Notes: a model not told the origin generated them from the letters alone. Shown: positions 18,355-27,448, counted from the stretch's first letter. The stretch: 39,154 nt of DNA from Pseudomonadota bacterium (GCA_021813275.1 JAKALD010000003.1:1-39154); one strand, 5' to 3'. A program made the numbers and translations.

Positions 18355-18392
18355 CTACCCGTCAAGGGTAGCGGAATACCCACCGAGGGTAG
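18355..18392. promoter_or_regulatory. Tandem palindromic operator TACCC-N5-GGGTA x2
   Basis: CTACCC-GTCAA-GGGTAG (18355-18371) and ATACCC-ACCGA-GGGTAG (18376-18392), 21 bp apart, at the 5' end of the wHTH-MNT gene. Confidence 0.7.
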
Positions 18393-18561
18393 CCCCGTGA
18401 CCGCCGCCGAGCCGCTTCACATTCGCTCGCACTCGGGCACGCACATGAGACCTCGCCAACCGCGATCGCGCCGCCGCCGGCATGACCGCCCGCCCGGCTC
18501 CCCGCGGGACCGGACCGTTTCCCCGTGCTACACTGTCCCAACTAGTTAACCAGGTCATCTC

Positions 18562-18810
18562 GTGGACAAGCTGAGCGTATTCGAAGCGAAGGCCCGCTTC
18601 TCGGAGGTCGTCAATCGCGCGCAAGAAGGGAAACAGACGGTCATCACCAAACGTGGCAAGGCGGTCGCGCGCGTCGTTCCCGAGAAGGCGAAGCGCGCCG
18701 AACGCTGGGACCGCTCCGAGGCGATCGGACGGATCGCCGCGTTCAGCAAGACCTGCCGCATCCGCCGCAAAGTGGATCTGCAGAAGCTCATCGAGGAAGG
18801 CCGGCCGTAG
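18562..18810 (+). CDS. Phd/YefM-family antitoxin
   Basis: SVFEAKARFSEVVNRAQEGKQTVITKRGKAVARVVP; TGnTACACT -10-like site upstream. Confidence 0.9.
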   Translation: MDKLSVFEAKARFSEVVNRAQEGKQTVITKRGKAVARVVPEKAKRAERWDRSEAIGRIAAFSKTCRIRRKVDLQKLIEEGRP

Positions 18811-19211
18811 TGCCGCTCATCGTGGACGCGAGCGTCGCGCTCGCGTGGTTCGTGCGTACCCAGGCGACCGGCTACACGGACCGCATCAGGCGCCACGCGC
18901 GCCGCGAGCGCCTGCACGTCCCCGGCGTCTGGCCCCTGGAATTCACGAACGCGCTCCGGCAGCTCGAACGCCGCAAGCTGCTGACGGCGCAGCAGGTCGA
19001 CACGATCATCGACCTGGTCGAGCCGCTGGACATCGTCGTCCACGGCGAGCCGCCGGAGCGCCGGCGCGTGCTGGCGATCGCCAGGGAGCACGACCTGACG
19101 ACTTACGACGCTGCGTATCTCGATCTCGCGACCGCGCTTCGCTACCCGGTCGCATGCCGGGACGGAGCGCTGCGCAAGGCGCTCCGCGCCGCGGGTTTGA
19201 AGCTCGCGTAG
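18810..19211 (+). CDS. VapC-family PIN-domain toxin
   Basis: LIVDASVALAW, WPLEFTNAL, LTTYDAAYLDLA, acidic PIN residues; 1-bp overlap with the antitoxin. Confidence 0.9.
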   Translation: MPLIVDASVALAWFVRTQATGYTDRIRRHARRERLHVPGVWPLEFTNALRQLERRKLLTAQQVDTIIDLVEPLDIVVHGEPPERRRVLAIAREHDLTTYDAAYLDLATALRYPVACRDGALRKALRAAGLKLA

Positions 19212-19227
19212 GCTCGGCCCTGGCGGT

Positions 19228-20526
19228 CTAGGATCGCGCCACCGGCGCGGTGGCAGCTCCCCCGGCCTTCAACGCCGAGTGCACACGCTCCTCAACCCGC
19301 AGCAGCCCCACCGCCTTCAGGAGCTGCGCGTCCTTGCTCGCCGCGAATCGCCGCGCGCTCATCGCCTCGAGCATCTCCGGATAAACGGGATCGGTTTGCG
19401 CCGCGAGCGCCACCTTCACGGACGGACTGATACCCTTGTGCCAGATCGTATGCCCCGCCGGCGTGAGCCACTCGCGCACGGCGAGCATCAGCGCCGAGCC
19501 ATCGCTCAGCTTGAATTCGTTCAGCACCGTCCCGGTGCCGAAGGTCTTCTGGCCCACAACGGTCGCGCGCTTCGCATCCTGCAGCGCGCCGGTGACGATC
19601 TCGGCGGCGCTCGCGGTGCCGCCGTTGACGAGCACCGCCATCGGCAGCTCGAGCGGGTCCTTCTCGTGCTTGGCCGCTACCGCCTGCACGTGCCCCTTGG
19701 CGTCGCGCTCGAGCAGCACGTTGCCGCCGCGCAGGAACTCGCTCGCCACCGAGATCGCCTGGTCGAGCAGCCCGCCCGGGTCGTTACGCAGGTCGAGCAC
19801 CACGGCGCGCGCGCCCGCCTTGCGCAGTGCCGCGATCGCGCGCCGCAGGCTCGCCGCGGTCCCGGTGCTGAAGTCGGCGATGCGCACGTCCGCAACGCGC
19901 GTCCCAGGCACGAGATGCCAGCTCACGCTGTGCACGTGGATCACGGCGCGCACGATCGCGACGCTCCGCGCCTGGTCGCTGCCGGGATCGCGTATGGTCA
20001 GGACCACCTTGCTGTGGACCGGCCCGCGGATCTCGCGCACCACCTCCTGCAGGGTCTCGCCGGTCACGTCCTTGCCGTCGACCTTGAAGATGATGTCGCC
20101 CGCGCGTAATCCCGCCTTCTGCGCCGGCGAGCCGTCGAGCGGCGCGACGACGACCACCTGCTTGCCGCGCATGCGCACTTCGGCGCCGATGCCCGGGAAA
20201 TGGCCCTGCAGCTGCTCGCGCGACTCGCGCACCATGCGCGGCGTGAGGAACACGCTGTGCCCGGTGTCGCCGAGCGAGTCGACCATGCCGGTGATCGCCG
20301 CGTAGGTCATGCGCCGCGGCCGGATCGCCTTGCGATCGACGTAGTGCCGCCCGATGAGGTTCCACGCCTGCCCGATCAGCGCGAAGTCCGGCCCGGCGCC
20401 GCCGGGGTCGGCGAGCACGTTGCGCTCGAGGAGCGCGCCGCCCGCGATCGAGCTCAGCACCAGGCCGAGCAGGCCCGCGAGCGTCAGCCGGTACCAGCCC
20501 GTGCGGCGCGGGTCGTCGTGCGGCAT
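19228..20526 (-). CDS. S41 family C-terminal processing peptidase (PDZ + S41)
   Basis: GIG...SPAQKAGLRAGD PDZ, LDLRNDPGGLL, TASAAEI catalytic Ser, GQKTFG, IWHKGISP. Confidence 0.92.
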   Translation of the reverse strand: MPHDDPRRTGWYRLTLAGLLGLVLSSIAGGALLERNVLADPGGAGPDFALIGQAWNLIGRHYVDRKAIRPRRMTYAAITGMVDSLGDTGHSVFLTPRMVRESREQLQGHFPGIGAEVRMRGKQVVVVAPLDGSPAQKAGLRAGDIIFKVDGKDVTGETLQEVVREIRGPVHSKVVLTIRDPGSDQARSVAIVRAVIHVHSVSWHLVPGTRVADVRIADFSTGTAASLRRAIAALRKAGARAVVLDLRNDPGGLLDQAISVASEFLRGGNVLLERDAKGHVQAVAAKHEKDPLELPMAVLVNGGTASAAEIVTGALQDAKRATVVGQKTFGTGTVLNEFKLSDGSALMLAVREWLTPAGHTIWHKGISPSVKVALAAQTDPVYPEMLEAMSARRFAASKDAQLLKAVGLLRVEERVHSALKAGGAATAPVARS

Positions 20527-20570
20527 GCCGGTGGCTCGTCGAGCGCTTTGCAGCGGCAGTCAGGCCGCCG

Positions 20571-20981
20571 TCACTTCGCCGGATGACGGAACAGGCGCGA
20601 GGCGTGCCACAGGTAGAACGTGACGGGCTGCGAGGCGGCGAGCACCTTGCCGTTCGCGTCGAGCAGCTCCGCCTTGAGGGTATGGGCGCCGCGGTCGATG
20701 CCGTGCAGCTGGATCACACCGCCGCTGGTGGGCTTGGGCAGCGCGGTGCCGTCGACGAGCAGGCGCACGCTCCCCCCCGGGTCGCCGCCCGAGCTCTGCA
20801 CCTTGACGGTCACGTCACCGAGGTTGCTGTGGATGGTCTCCTGGTCGGCCGGCTGCACGATCGAAATCTCGGCCGCGCGCGCGAGCGGCGCGGCGGCCAA
20901 AGCGAGAAACGACAGCAGGACGAAAGCTCGAATCCGGCCCTCTCCCAAGAAGCTCCGCCGGTCAGTGCCTTGTGCGCGCAT
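20571..20981 (-). CDS. Exported hypothetical protein with Ig-like beta domain
   Basis: Signal peptide ending ARA; ISIVQPADQETI...LLVDG...GIDRGAHTLKAELLD...VTFYL pattern. Confidence 0.7.
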   Translation of the reverse strand: MRAQGTDRRSFLGEGRIRAFVLLSFLALAAAPLARAAEISIVQPADQETIHSNLGDVTVKVQSSGGDPGGSVRLLVDGTALPKPTSGGVIQLHGIDRGAHTLKAELLDANGKVLAASQPVTFYLWHASRLFRHPAK

Positions 20982-21027
20982 CTTGCGGCTCCTTTACACA
21001 GCTTGGACCGCGCGGCGCGGCGCGAAT

Positions 21028-22380
21028 TCACCGCTTTTCGCGCCGCGCGAGCACCCGGTCCACGATCGCGCCGGCCTGCCCGAGGTAATTGGCCGGATCG
21101 CACAGCCGCGCGAGTGCCTCGCGGTCGAGGTGCCGCGCGATCTCCGCATCGGCCGCGAGCACCTCGAGCAGCGGCCGGTCCTGACGGATCGCCTCCCTGC
21201 AAAGATCATACACGAGGTCGTGCGCGCGCTCGCGGCCCATGTGCGGCGCAAGCCCCATCATCACGGCCTCCGACACGATGAGGCCGCGGGTGGCCTCGAG
21301 ATTCGCGCGCATGCGCTGCGCGTCGACCTCGAGCCCCGCGAGTACGAACTTCGCCTGCTTGAGCGCCCCGGCGAGGAGGCAGAACGCCTCGGGCAGCACG
21401 ATCCACTCGATCTCCCACGGCCCGGTCGAGCGCTCGTGGTCGGCGACCATGGCGTCGAGCAACGCGGCCGCGTGCTGGCGCAGCACTGCGACGGCGGCGT
21501 GGATATAGCAGCACGAGATGGGATTGCGCTTCTGCGGCATCGTGCTAGAAGACCCGCGCCCGGGCGCGAAGGGCTCGGAGACCTCGCCGACCTCGGTCTG
21601 CATCATGAGCTTCACGTCCATGGAGAGCTTGCCGAGCGTGCCGCCGACGAGGCCGAGGAAGCAGCCCGTCTCGGCAATGCAGTCGCGGATCGTGTGCCAC
21701 GCGATCTGCGGCTGCCCCAGGCCGAGCTCGCGCATCAGCGCCTCCTGGGTCTCCAGCGCGCCGCGCTCGAGCGAGGCGAGCGTGCCCGCCGCGCCGGCGA
21801 ATTCGCCCACAAGGACGCGCGGGCGCAGCTGCGCGAGCCGCTCGCGGTGGCGCTCGATCGCCGCGAGCAGGCCCGCCATCTTGTAGCCGAAGGTCACCGG
21901 AACGGCCTGCTGCAGGTTGCTGCGCCCGGCGAGCGGCGTGTCGCGATGGCGCGCCGCGAGCCGCGCGAGCTCGCCCGAGATGGCGCGCAGCTCCTCGTCG
22001 ACGAGCGCGAGCGAGTCCCGGATCTGGAGCACCGTCGCGGTATCGGTGATGTCCTGGGTGGTCGCGCCCCAGTGGCAGTATTCGCCGAGCCGGTCGCGGC
22101 ACAGCGCGTTCAACTGCGAGACGACCCCGAGCACCGGGTAGCCGATGCGCTCGGTCTGCGCCCGGAGCTTCTGCATGTCGATTCGCTCGATCGCGCAGTG
22201 GCGCGCGATCTCGTCGGCCGCCTCCTGCGGGATGATCCCGAGGCGGCCCTGCACCCGCGCGAGCGCCGCCTCGATCTCGAGGTAGCGGGCGGTGCGGCTC
22301 TCGTCCGACCAGACCCTGCGCATCGCCTCGCTGCTGAACAGGTTGCCGAAGATCGACGAATCGATGATGGTGGCCGCCAC
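21028..22380 (-). CDS. Fumarase/adenylosuccinate lyase superfamily protein (PcaB-like)
   Basis: GTG start with GGAGGAG RBS; HWGATTQD, GSSSTMPQKRNP signature, DHERSTGPWEIEW. Confidence 0.88.
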   Translation of the reverse strand: MAATIIDSSIFGNLFSSEAMRRVWSDESRTARYLEIEAALARVQGRLGIIPQEAADEIARHCAIERIDMQKLRAQTERIGYPVLGVVSQLNALCRDRLGEYCHWGATTQDITDTATVLQIRDSLALVDEELRAISGELARLAARHRDTPLAGRSNLQQAVPVTFGYKMAGLLAAIERHRERLAQLRPRVLVGEFAGAAGTLASLERGALETQEALMRELGLGQPQIAWHTIRDCIAETGCFLGLVGGTLGKLSMDVKLMMQTEVGEVSEPFAPGRGSSSTMPQKRNPISCCYIHAAVAVLRQHAAALLDAMVADHERSTGPWEIEWIVLPEAFCLLAGALKQAKFVLAGLEVDAQRMRANLEATRGLIVSEAVMMGLAPHMGRERAHDLVYDLCREAIRQDRPLLEVLAADAEIARHLDREALARLCDPANYLGQAGAIVDRVLARREKR

Positions 22381-22636
22381 GTTGCTCTCCTCCGGATGTG
22401 CGAACCCGCCGCGTCGCCGTGTGGCGACAAGAGAGTCCTTGACCGTCAATACCTTCGCAGATGTGCGGGGATTGCGTCGCCGCCAGGCGACGCGCGCTCT
22501 CCTCGCCGCTGCGCGCGCTTCAGCATAGCGCATTGTTTTCCCGCCGTTATGTCCGCTGGCATGCAATTCGCAAGGAGACCGCGGCCGGCGCGCGCAGCGC
22601 GCCTGCTCTTTCTCGCATCCGTGAAAGGAGAATGCC

Positions 22637-23158
22637 ATGCATGCGACGCAGTCAGGACTGGACCTTGCGCGGCGCGCCGTCGCGCTCCTCGCGCTCGGCG
22701 CGGCCTCGGCGCTCGGCGTCCGCGCGGCGCTCGCCGACAGCACCGCGGCCGCCGCGCACGACTCCGGGGTGCTCAAGCTCTACGACAGCAACGGGGACGG
22801 CAGCGTGTCGCTCAAGGAATGGCTGAGCCACCACGGCTCGGAGCGCGCTTTCCGCGCCGCCGACGCCAACCACGACGGCCGGCTCGACGCCGCCGAGGTC
22901 GTCAAGGCCAATTCCTACGACGATCGCATCCGCGCCGCGGAATTCGCCGGGGACGCGTGGATCACCGCGAAGGTGAAGGCGGCCCTGGTGCAGGACGGCG
23001 CGGTGCCGGTGCTCGGGGTGCAGGTGCAGACGCAGGACGGCACCGTCCAGCTCTCGGGCTTCGTGACGAGCGCGCAGCAGGCGGCACGCGCCGCGCAGAT
23101 CGCCGCGCACGTGGACGGCGTGAAGAAGGTGATCAACTCGCTGGTGGTCAAGTCTTGA
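22637..23158 (+). CDS. Exported EF-hand + BON domain protein
   Basis: Signal peptide; loops DSNGDGSVSLKE and DANHDGRLDAAE; DAWITAKVKAAL...GTVQLSGFV...VDGVKKVINSL BON domain; AAGGAG RBS. Confidence 0.85.
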   Translation: MHATQSGLDLARRAVALLALGAASALGVRAALADSTAAAAHDSGVLKLYDSNGDGSVSLKEWLSHHGSERAFRAADANHDGRLDAAEVVKANSYDDRIRAAEFAGDAWITAKVKAALVQDGAVPVLGVQVQTQDGTVQLSGFVTSAQQAARAAQIAAHVDGVKKVINSLVVKS

Positions 23159-23276
23159 GGCGCCCCGCGGCACCCGCCCGAGCGCCGGCGATGCCGGCCG
23201 CGCGCGGTAAGATGCGCGGGTTCGCGCCGGCCGCCATGCTGCGGCCGCGCCCTGCCCCTGGAGGACCGTCCCCGAC

Positions 23277-23825
23277 ATGGCGTCGTCGATCGGATCGCTC
23301 GCGATCGTCGCCGGCCTCGGCGCCGCGCTGGTGGTCGCGCTGGTCTTTTCGGAGAAGCTCCGCGCCAAGCTCTATCCGCCGGAAAAGTTCTGGCCTTATT
23401 TCGCGCGCCGGGTGCTCAGCCCCGCCGAGCAGCTTCTTTATGGGAGACTGGTCGAGGCGCTACCCGAGCACATGGTGCTCGCGCAGCTGCCGCTCGCGAA
23501 GGTGATCGCGGTCAAGCGGCAGCCGTACGCGGAGACCTGGGCGAACCGCATCGCGCACCGGACGCTCGACTTCGTGGTGTGCCGGCCGGATTCCACGGTG
23601 GTGGCGGCGATCCAGCTCGAGGACCCGGGCCGGCGCGATCCGCTCCCGAGGCAGGCCGATCGCTTCATCGATAACGCGCTCGCCGCGGCCGGCATCGCGC
23701 TGCTGCGCTGGAACGCCGCCGCGCTGCCGAGCGAGGCCGAGATCCGGCGGCTTATCGCGCCCGGCCCGGTGGGCGCTCCGGCCCGGGCGCGCGAGGATCT
23801 GCGCGCTGCCAGATCCCGTCGATGA
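23277..23825 (+). CDS. DUF2726-like membrane-anchored protein
   Basis: N-terminal TM; VLSPAEQLLYGRLVEALPEHMVLAQ, LDFVVC, AIQLED, ALAAAGIALLRW. Confidence 0.78.
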   Translation: MASSIGSLAIVAGLGAALVVALVFSEKLRAKLYPPEKFWPYFARRVLSPAEQLLYGRLVEALPEHMVLAQLPLAKVIAVKRQPYAETWANRIAHRTLDFVVCRPDSTVVAAIQLEDPGRRDPLPRQADRFIDNALAAAGIALLRWNAAALPSEAEIRRLIAPGPVGAPARAREDLRAARSRR

Positions 23826-24681
23826 CGGCCGCGCGCGCGGCCTCGCCCGGGGGCTGCAGGCCGTACATGGCGGCGAGCGTGCGCAGCACGCTGTAGTGGT
23901 CGATGCGCTCGGCGTACTTGCCGGGGCGCACGTGCGCGCCCACGAAGAGCGTCGGAATGTGGTTGCGGATCGATCCGTCGTCTTCGTCCCAGGTGAGGAC
24001 CAGCAGGCTGTCGTGCGTGCGCGCCCAGCGCACGTAGCCCTCCAGGTTGCGCTGGAGCCAGCGGTCGCCCGCCGCGATCGCTTCCGCCTGCGGGCCGTCG
24101 TGCATGTCGTTCACCATGTTCGGCACCACGATCGCTACGGTCGGCAGCTTCGCGTAGTCGGCGGGAAACGCGTCGAACGGCAGGTTCGCGGCCGCAGGGA
24201 CGTTGACGCCCTGCCAGTTCACCGCCGGGTTGTGCTTGCGCTCGTAGAGCCCGGCCGCGCAGCCGGCATAGCCCGGATGCGGCAGCGACTCGGAGTAGGT
24301 CGCGAAGCTGTAGCCCTTGGCGAGCAGCTCGCTCGCGAGGTTTGCGCCCGAGAGCACAGCGAGGCAACCGTCGTCGCGCACGCCGTGCGTGCTGCCGGAG
24401 AAAAGCGCCAGGTAGTTCGGCTGGCTGGGGTGCGTGACGGCGTGGGACTGCGTGAAGAGCGCGCCCTCGCGCGCGAGCGCGTTGATGTAAGGCGCCTCTG
24501 GGTTGCCGATGATCTGCCGGAACGCCTTGTTTTCCTCGATCACGATCACGACGTGAGCGGGCCGCGGAAGGGCCTGCGGCTCGGCCGCCGAAGCGGCGAG
24601 CGGAGCCCAGAGTCCCAGGCACAGGGCGGCGGCCGCTGCCAGGGCGCGCGCGGCGCCGAAGGCCCGCTCAGAAGAACTCAT
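23752..24681 (-). CDS. Exported phosphoesterase / acid phosphatase family protein
   Basis: HVVIVIEEN, THPSQPNYLALFSG, KHNP, NDMHDG, LTWDED, HYSVLRT; ATG overlaps the end of the upstream gene. Confidence 0.88.
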   Translation of the reverse strand: MSSSERAFGAARALAAAAALCLGLWAPLAASAAEPQALPRPAHVVIVIEENKAFRQIIGNPEAPYINALAREGALFTQSHAVTHPSQPNYLALFSGSTHGVRDDGCLAVLSGANLASELLAKGYSFATYSESLPHPGYAGCAAGLYERKHNPAVNWQGVNVPAAANLPFDAFPADYAKLPTVAIVVPNMVNDMHDGPQAEAIAAGDRWLQRNLEGYVRWARTHDSLLVLTWDEDDGSIRNHIPTLFVGAHVRPGKYAERIDHYSVLRTLAAMYGLQPPGEAARAAVIDGIWQRADPRAPGPERPPGRAR

Positions 24682-25411
24682 ATTCAATGTGCGCGAGGAA
24701 GGTCTGGCTGGGCGCCGCCGCATTGACGCCGAACACGACCCCGACCCGATACGCGAGCTCGCTGCCGCGGGCGCTCCGCAGCTCGCCGGTGAGCACAGGG
24801 CCGGCCTGGATCGCATTGTCGCTCGGCCGCAGGTACGCCTCGAAGCCCGGCGCGATCGCGGGCGTGATCCGGTAGGTGAGGCTGTAGGCGCTGCGGAACT
24901 CGAATTTCCCGCTGGCGCCCCCGCCGACCTCTTTTTCCCAGATCAGGTTGAGGCGGTGGTTGAAGCGGCCGCTCTGCTTCGCGATGAGCGGCCCGAATTC
25001 GACCGCGTTCGGCACGTCGGGCTGGACGTTGCGCTCGTACGAGAGCAGGAAGCCGACGTCCGCCCAGTACTCGCCCTGCGGGGTGAGCTGGAACACGTTC
25101 TCGAACTCGTTGCCGACGCGCCGCTGACCCTCGCCCGGCTGGCGCGCGTATTCGCCCAGGTAGATCTCGGGACGCCACCAGTCGGTGAAGGCGTGGCCGA
25201 CCGCGATCTCGTAGGCGCGCTCGCCGCTTACCGCCGGATCGCTGTCCCGAACCTGGAAGCCGCGGACTTCGAGCTCCGTCTGCCCTTTGGTGACGTAGGG
25301 CGAGTACACGATGAAATCGTCGGCGCGGCACGCAAGCGGGACGAGCGCCAGCGCCGAAGCGGCGAGCACGGGCCCGAGAGCGGCCTGCCGGAGGGAACGC
25401 ATCGCGCGCAT
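24668..25411 (-). CDS. Putative outer-membrane beta-barrel protein associated with cupredoxin iron-uptake loci
   Basis: Signal peptide, VYSPYVTKGQTELE start, alternating beta-strand pattern, terminal IEYEFF aromatic C-terminus. Confidence 0.7.
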   Translation of the reverse strand: MRAMRSLRQAALGPVLAASALALVPLACRADDFIVYSPYVTKGQTELEVRGFQVRDSDPAVSGERAYEIAVGHAFTDWWRPEIYLGEYARQPGEGQRRVGNEFENVFQLTPQGEYWADVGFLLSYERNVQPDVPNAVEFGPLIAKQSGRFNHRLNLIWEKEVGGGASGKFEFRSAYSLTYRITPAIAPGFEAYLRPSDNAIQAGPVLTGELRSARGSELAYRVGVVFGVNAAAPSQTFLAHIEYEFF

Positions 25412-25425
25412 CGTCGGACGCGCCG

Positions 25426-25773
25426 CTACTTCGCCGGCGGAGCGACCACGACCCAGCCTTGCATGGACTGGTCGAAGTCGTTGAAGAACTTGTAGCGGCC
25501 GGGCTTGAGCGGACCGATGTACACGGTCACCTGGCTGTGCGCCGGCACCACGATCTCGCGCGACAGGTCGTAGCTCTCGAACTCCGCCGGCAGCGCGCCG
25601 TCGTTGCGGATGAGGAGCTTGACGCGCGTGTTCGCCGGGACCGTCAGCTCGGCGGGCGAGAACTGATGCTTCGTGATGACGAGCTGCTTCGCCGGGATTT
25701 CGTCGGCGAGAGCCGGGGTGCCGAGCCCGAGCGCGAAGCACAGAGCCGGCCACGCCAGGTGCGATTTCGTCAC
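25426..25773 (-). CDS. Cupredoxin-domain protein (EfeO-N/FtrB-like)
   Basis: Signal peptide; FSPAELTVPA...PAEFESYDLSREIVV...IGPLKPGRYKFFNDF. Confidence 0.85.
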   Translation of the reverse strand: MTKSHLAWPALCFALGLGTPALADEIPAKQLVITKHQFSPAELTVPANTRVKLLIRNDGALPAEFESYDLSREIVVPAHSQVTVYIGPLKPGRYKFFNDFDQSMQGWVVVAPPAK

Positions 25774-25829
25774 TGCTTTTCTCCAGGCCGCGCGGTCGGC
25801 ATTTGGGCAGCCGGGCGCAGGTAATTAAC

Positions 25830-25885
25830 AAGAATAGTTCTCATCATCAGGCCAAGCGGCGTAGTTGTCAATAATTCTCATTTGC
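25830..25885 (-). promoter_or_regulatory. Two Fur-box-like sites overlapping a sigma70 promoter
   Basis: GCAAATGAGAATTATTGAC and GATGATGAGAACTATTCTT each match 13/19 of GATAATGATAATCATTATC; TTGACA-N17-GATGAT spans them. Confidence 0.78.
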
Positions 25886-25948
25886 ACTACGGCCGCAAGA
25901 CTGGCAGAGCTTGCGCTCGACAGAGCCGCAAGCTTTTGATTTTTAGTC

Positions 25949-27448
25949 CTAGACGGGCAGACCGAAGTCCACCCCCTCCACAACGTGGTGATCGGCAGCG
26001 ATCGGGAAGGCATCGAGGTCCTTGGTGATCGCCGCGCGCAGGAACGCGTCGACCCACCAGAACACGTCGTGCTCGCGCACCGAGCGCCGGAGCCTGCGCA
26101 TGCGGGCGCGCCGCTCGGCCGCGTCCATCTGGTAGGCAAGGCGAATGGCGTCGGCGACCCCTTCGATGTCGTAGGGATTGACGAGCAGCGCGCCCTTCGC
26201 AAGCTGCACGGCCGCGCCGGCGAACTCCGACAGGATCAGGACGCAGTCCTCCTCGATGCTGCACGCGCAATACTCCTTCGCCACCAGGTTCATGCCGTCC
26301 TTGAGCGGGGTGATGAGCGCGATGTCGGCGGCGCGATAGTAGGCGAGCAGCTCCATCCGCGACAGGCTGCGGTAGGCGTACCACACCGGCACCCAGCCGC
26401 CCGGGCGCGCGAAGCTGCCGTTGATCTTGCCGGTGAGCTGCTCGATCTCGGACTTCAGCCCGCGGTACTCCGCGATGTCCTCGCGGCTCGGCACCACGAC
26501 CTGGATGAGCGAGATGCGCTCGCGCAGCTCGGGGTAGCGCTCGAGCACGTTCTGGAACGCCTTGAGCCGCAGCGGGATGCCCTTGGTGTAGTCGAGCCGG
26601 TCGATGCCGAGGATCAGCTTGCGCTTGGGCAGCAGCGCGTGCAGCTCGCGCGCGCCCGCCGCCACCTCCGCGCTCGCCGCCTGGCGCATGAAGGCGTTGT
26701 AGTCGATGCTGATCGGAAAGGCGCCGATGCGGGTCGTGCGCCCGCGGTGCGTGGCGAGCAGCACCTGGCCGCGCCCCTCGATGCGCGCGTCCTTGAGCAG
26801 CGCGCGCACGCACTGCGTGAAGTTGTGCCGGTCGCGAACCGTCTGCAGCCCGACGAGATCGTACTCGAGCAGCGCCTCGAGCAGCTGCATGCGCCACGGC
26901 AGCTTGAGGAAGATGTCGAGCGGCGGAAACGGGATGTGCAGGAAGAACCCGATGCGCGAGGCCACGTCGAGCCGCCGCAGCTCGGCCGCGACGTTCATCA
27001 GGTGGTAGTCGTGCACCCAGATGAAGTCCTCCTGGCTGCTCGCCTCGCGCACCACGTAGGCGAACTTGCGGTTCACGGTGCAGTAGGCCTGCCAGTAGCC
27101 GGGGTCGAAGTTGCACAGCGACTGCAGGTCGTGGAACAGCGGCCAGATGACCTCGTTGGCGAAGCCCTCGTAGAAGCCGCGCACTTCCTCCGCGGTCAGC
27201 GCGACCCCGCGCAGCGCATAGCCCGCGTCCTCGCTCGCCGCGGCGAGCTCCTGGCTCAGGTCGGGCATCGACTCGGACGCGCCGGGCCATCCGATCCACG
27301 TGCCGCCGCGGTGGCGCAGCACCGGCAGCAGCGCGGTGACCAGTCCGCCGGCGCCGGGCAGCGCGCGCCAGCGCCCGGAGGGCTCGCGGCGGAAGGCGAA
27401 CGGGAGGCGGTTGGACACCACGACCAGCTGTCCGCGTTTGGCTTGCAT
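25949..27448 (-). CDS. otsA: Trehalose-6-phosphate synthase (GT20)
   Basis: VVSNRLP, AGGLV, WVHDYHL, FFLHIPFP, IDRLDYTKG, DGMNLVAKEY, LSEFAGAA. Confidence 0.9.
   Translation of the reverse strand: MQAKRGQLVVVSNRLPFAFRREPSGRWRALPGAGGLVTALLPVLRHRGGTWIGWPGASESMPDLSQELAAASEDAGYALRGVALTAEEVRGFYEGFANEVIWPLFHDLQSLCNFDPGYWQAYCTVNRKFAYVVREASSQEDFIWVHDYHLMNVAAELRRLDVASRIGFFLHIPFPPLDIFLKLPWRMQLLEALLEYDLVGLQTVRDRHNFTQCVRALLKDARIEGRGQVLLATHRGRTTRIGAFPISIDYNAFMRQAASAEVAAGARELHALLPKRKLILGIDRLDYTKGIPLRLKAFQNVLERYPELRERISLIQVVVPSREDIAEYRGLKSEIEQLTGKINGSFARPGGWVPVWYAYRSLSRMELLAYYRAADIALITPLKDGMNLVAKEYCACSIEEDCVLILSEFAGAAVQLAKGALLVNPYDIEGVADAIRLAYQMDAAERRARMRRLRRSVREHDVFWWVDAFLRAAITKDLDAFPIAADHHVVEGVDFGLPV

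Larger units (their letters stand above)
6265..19211. mobile_element. Degenerate ssrA-linked genomic (defence) island; right boundary approximate
   Basis: Starts right after the ssrA CCA with an AT-rich tract; carries RM-like genes, radC, three TA loci and pseudogenes with less GC-biased codons; no integrase or att duplicate seen. Confidence 0.7.

Noticed and set aside
20940-20981. Tat-like RRSFL motif at the N-terminus of the exported hypothetical protein
   Set aside because: Start codon is uncertain, the motif is separated from the hydrophobic stretch by charged residues, and no cofactor motif suggests Tat export.
25949-27448. otsA without an adjacent otsB
   Set aside because: Split otsA/otsB arrangements are common; the partner may lie outside the window.
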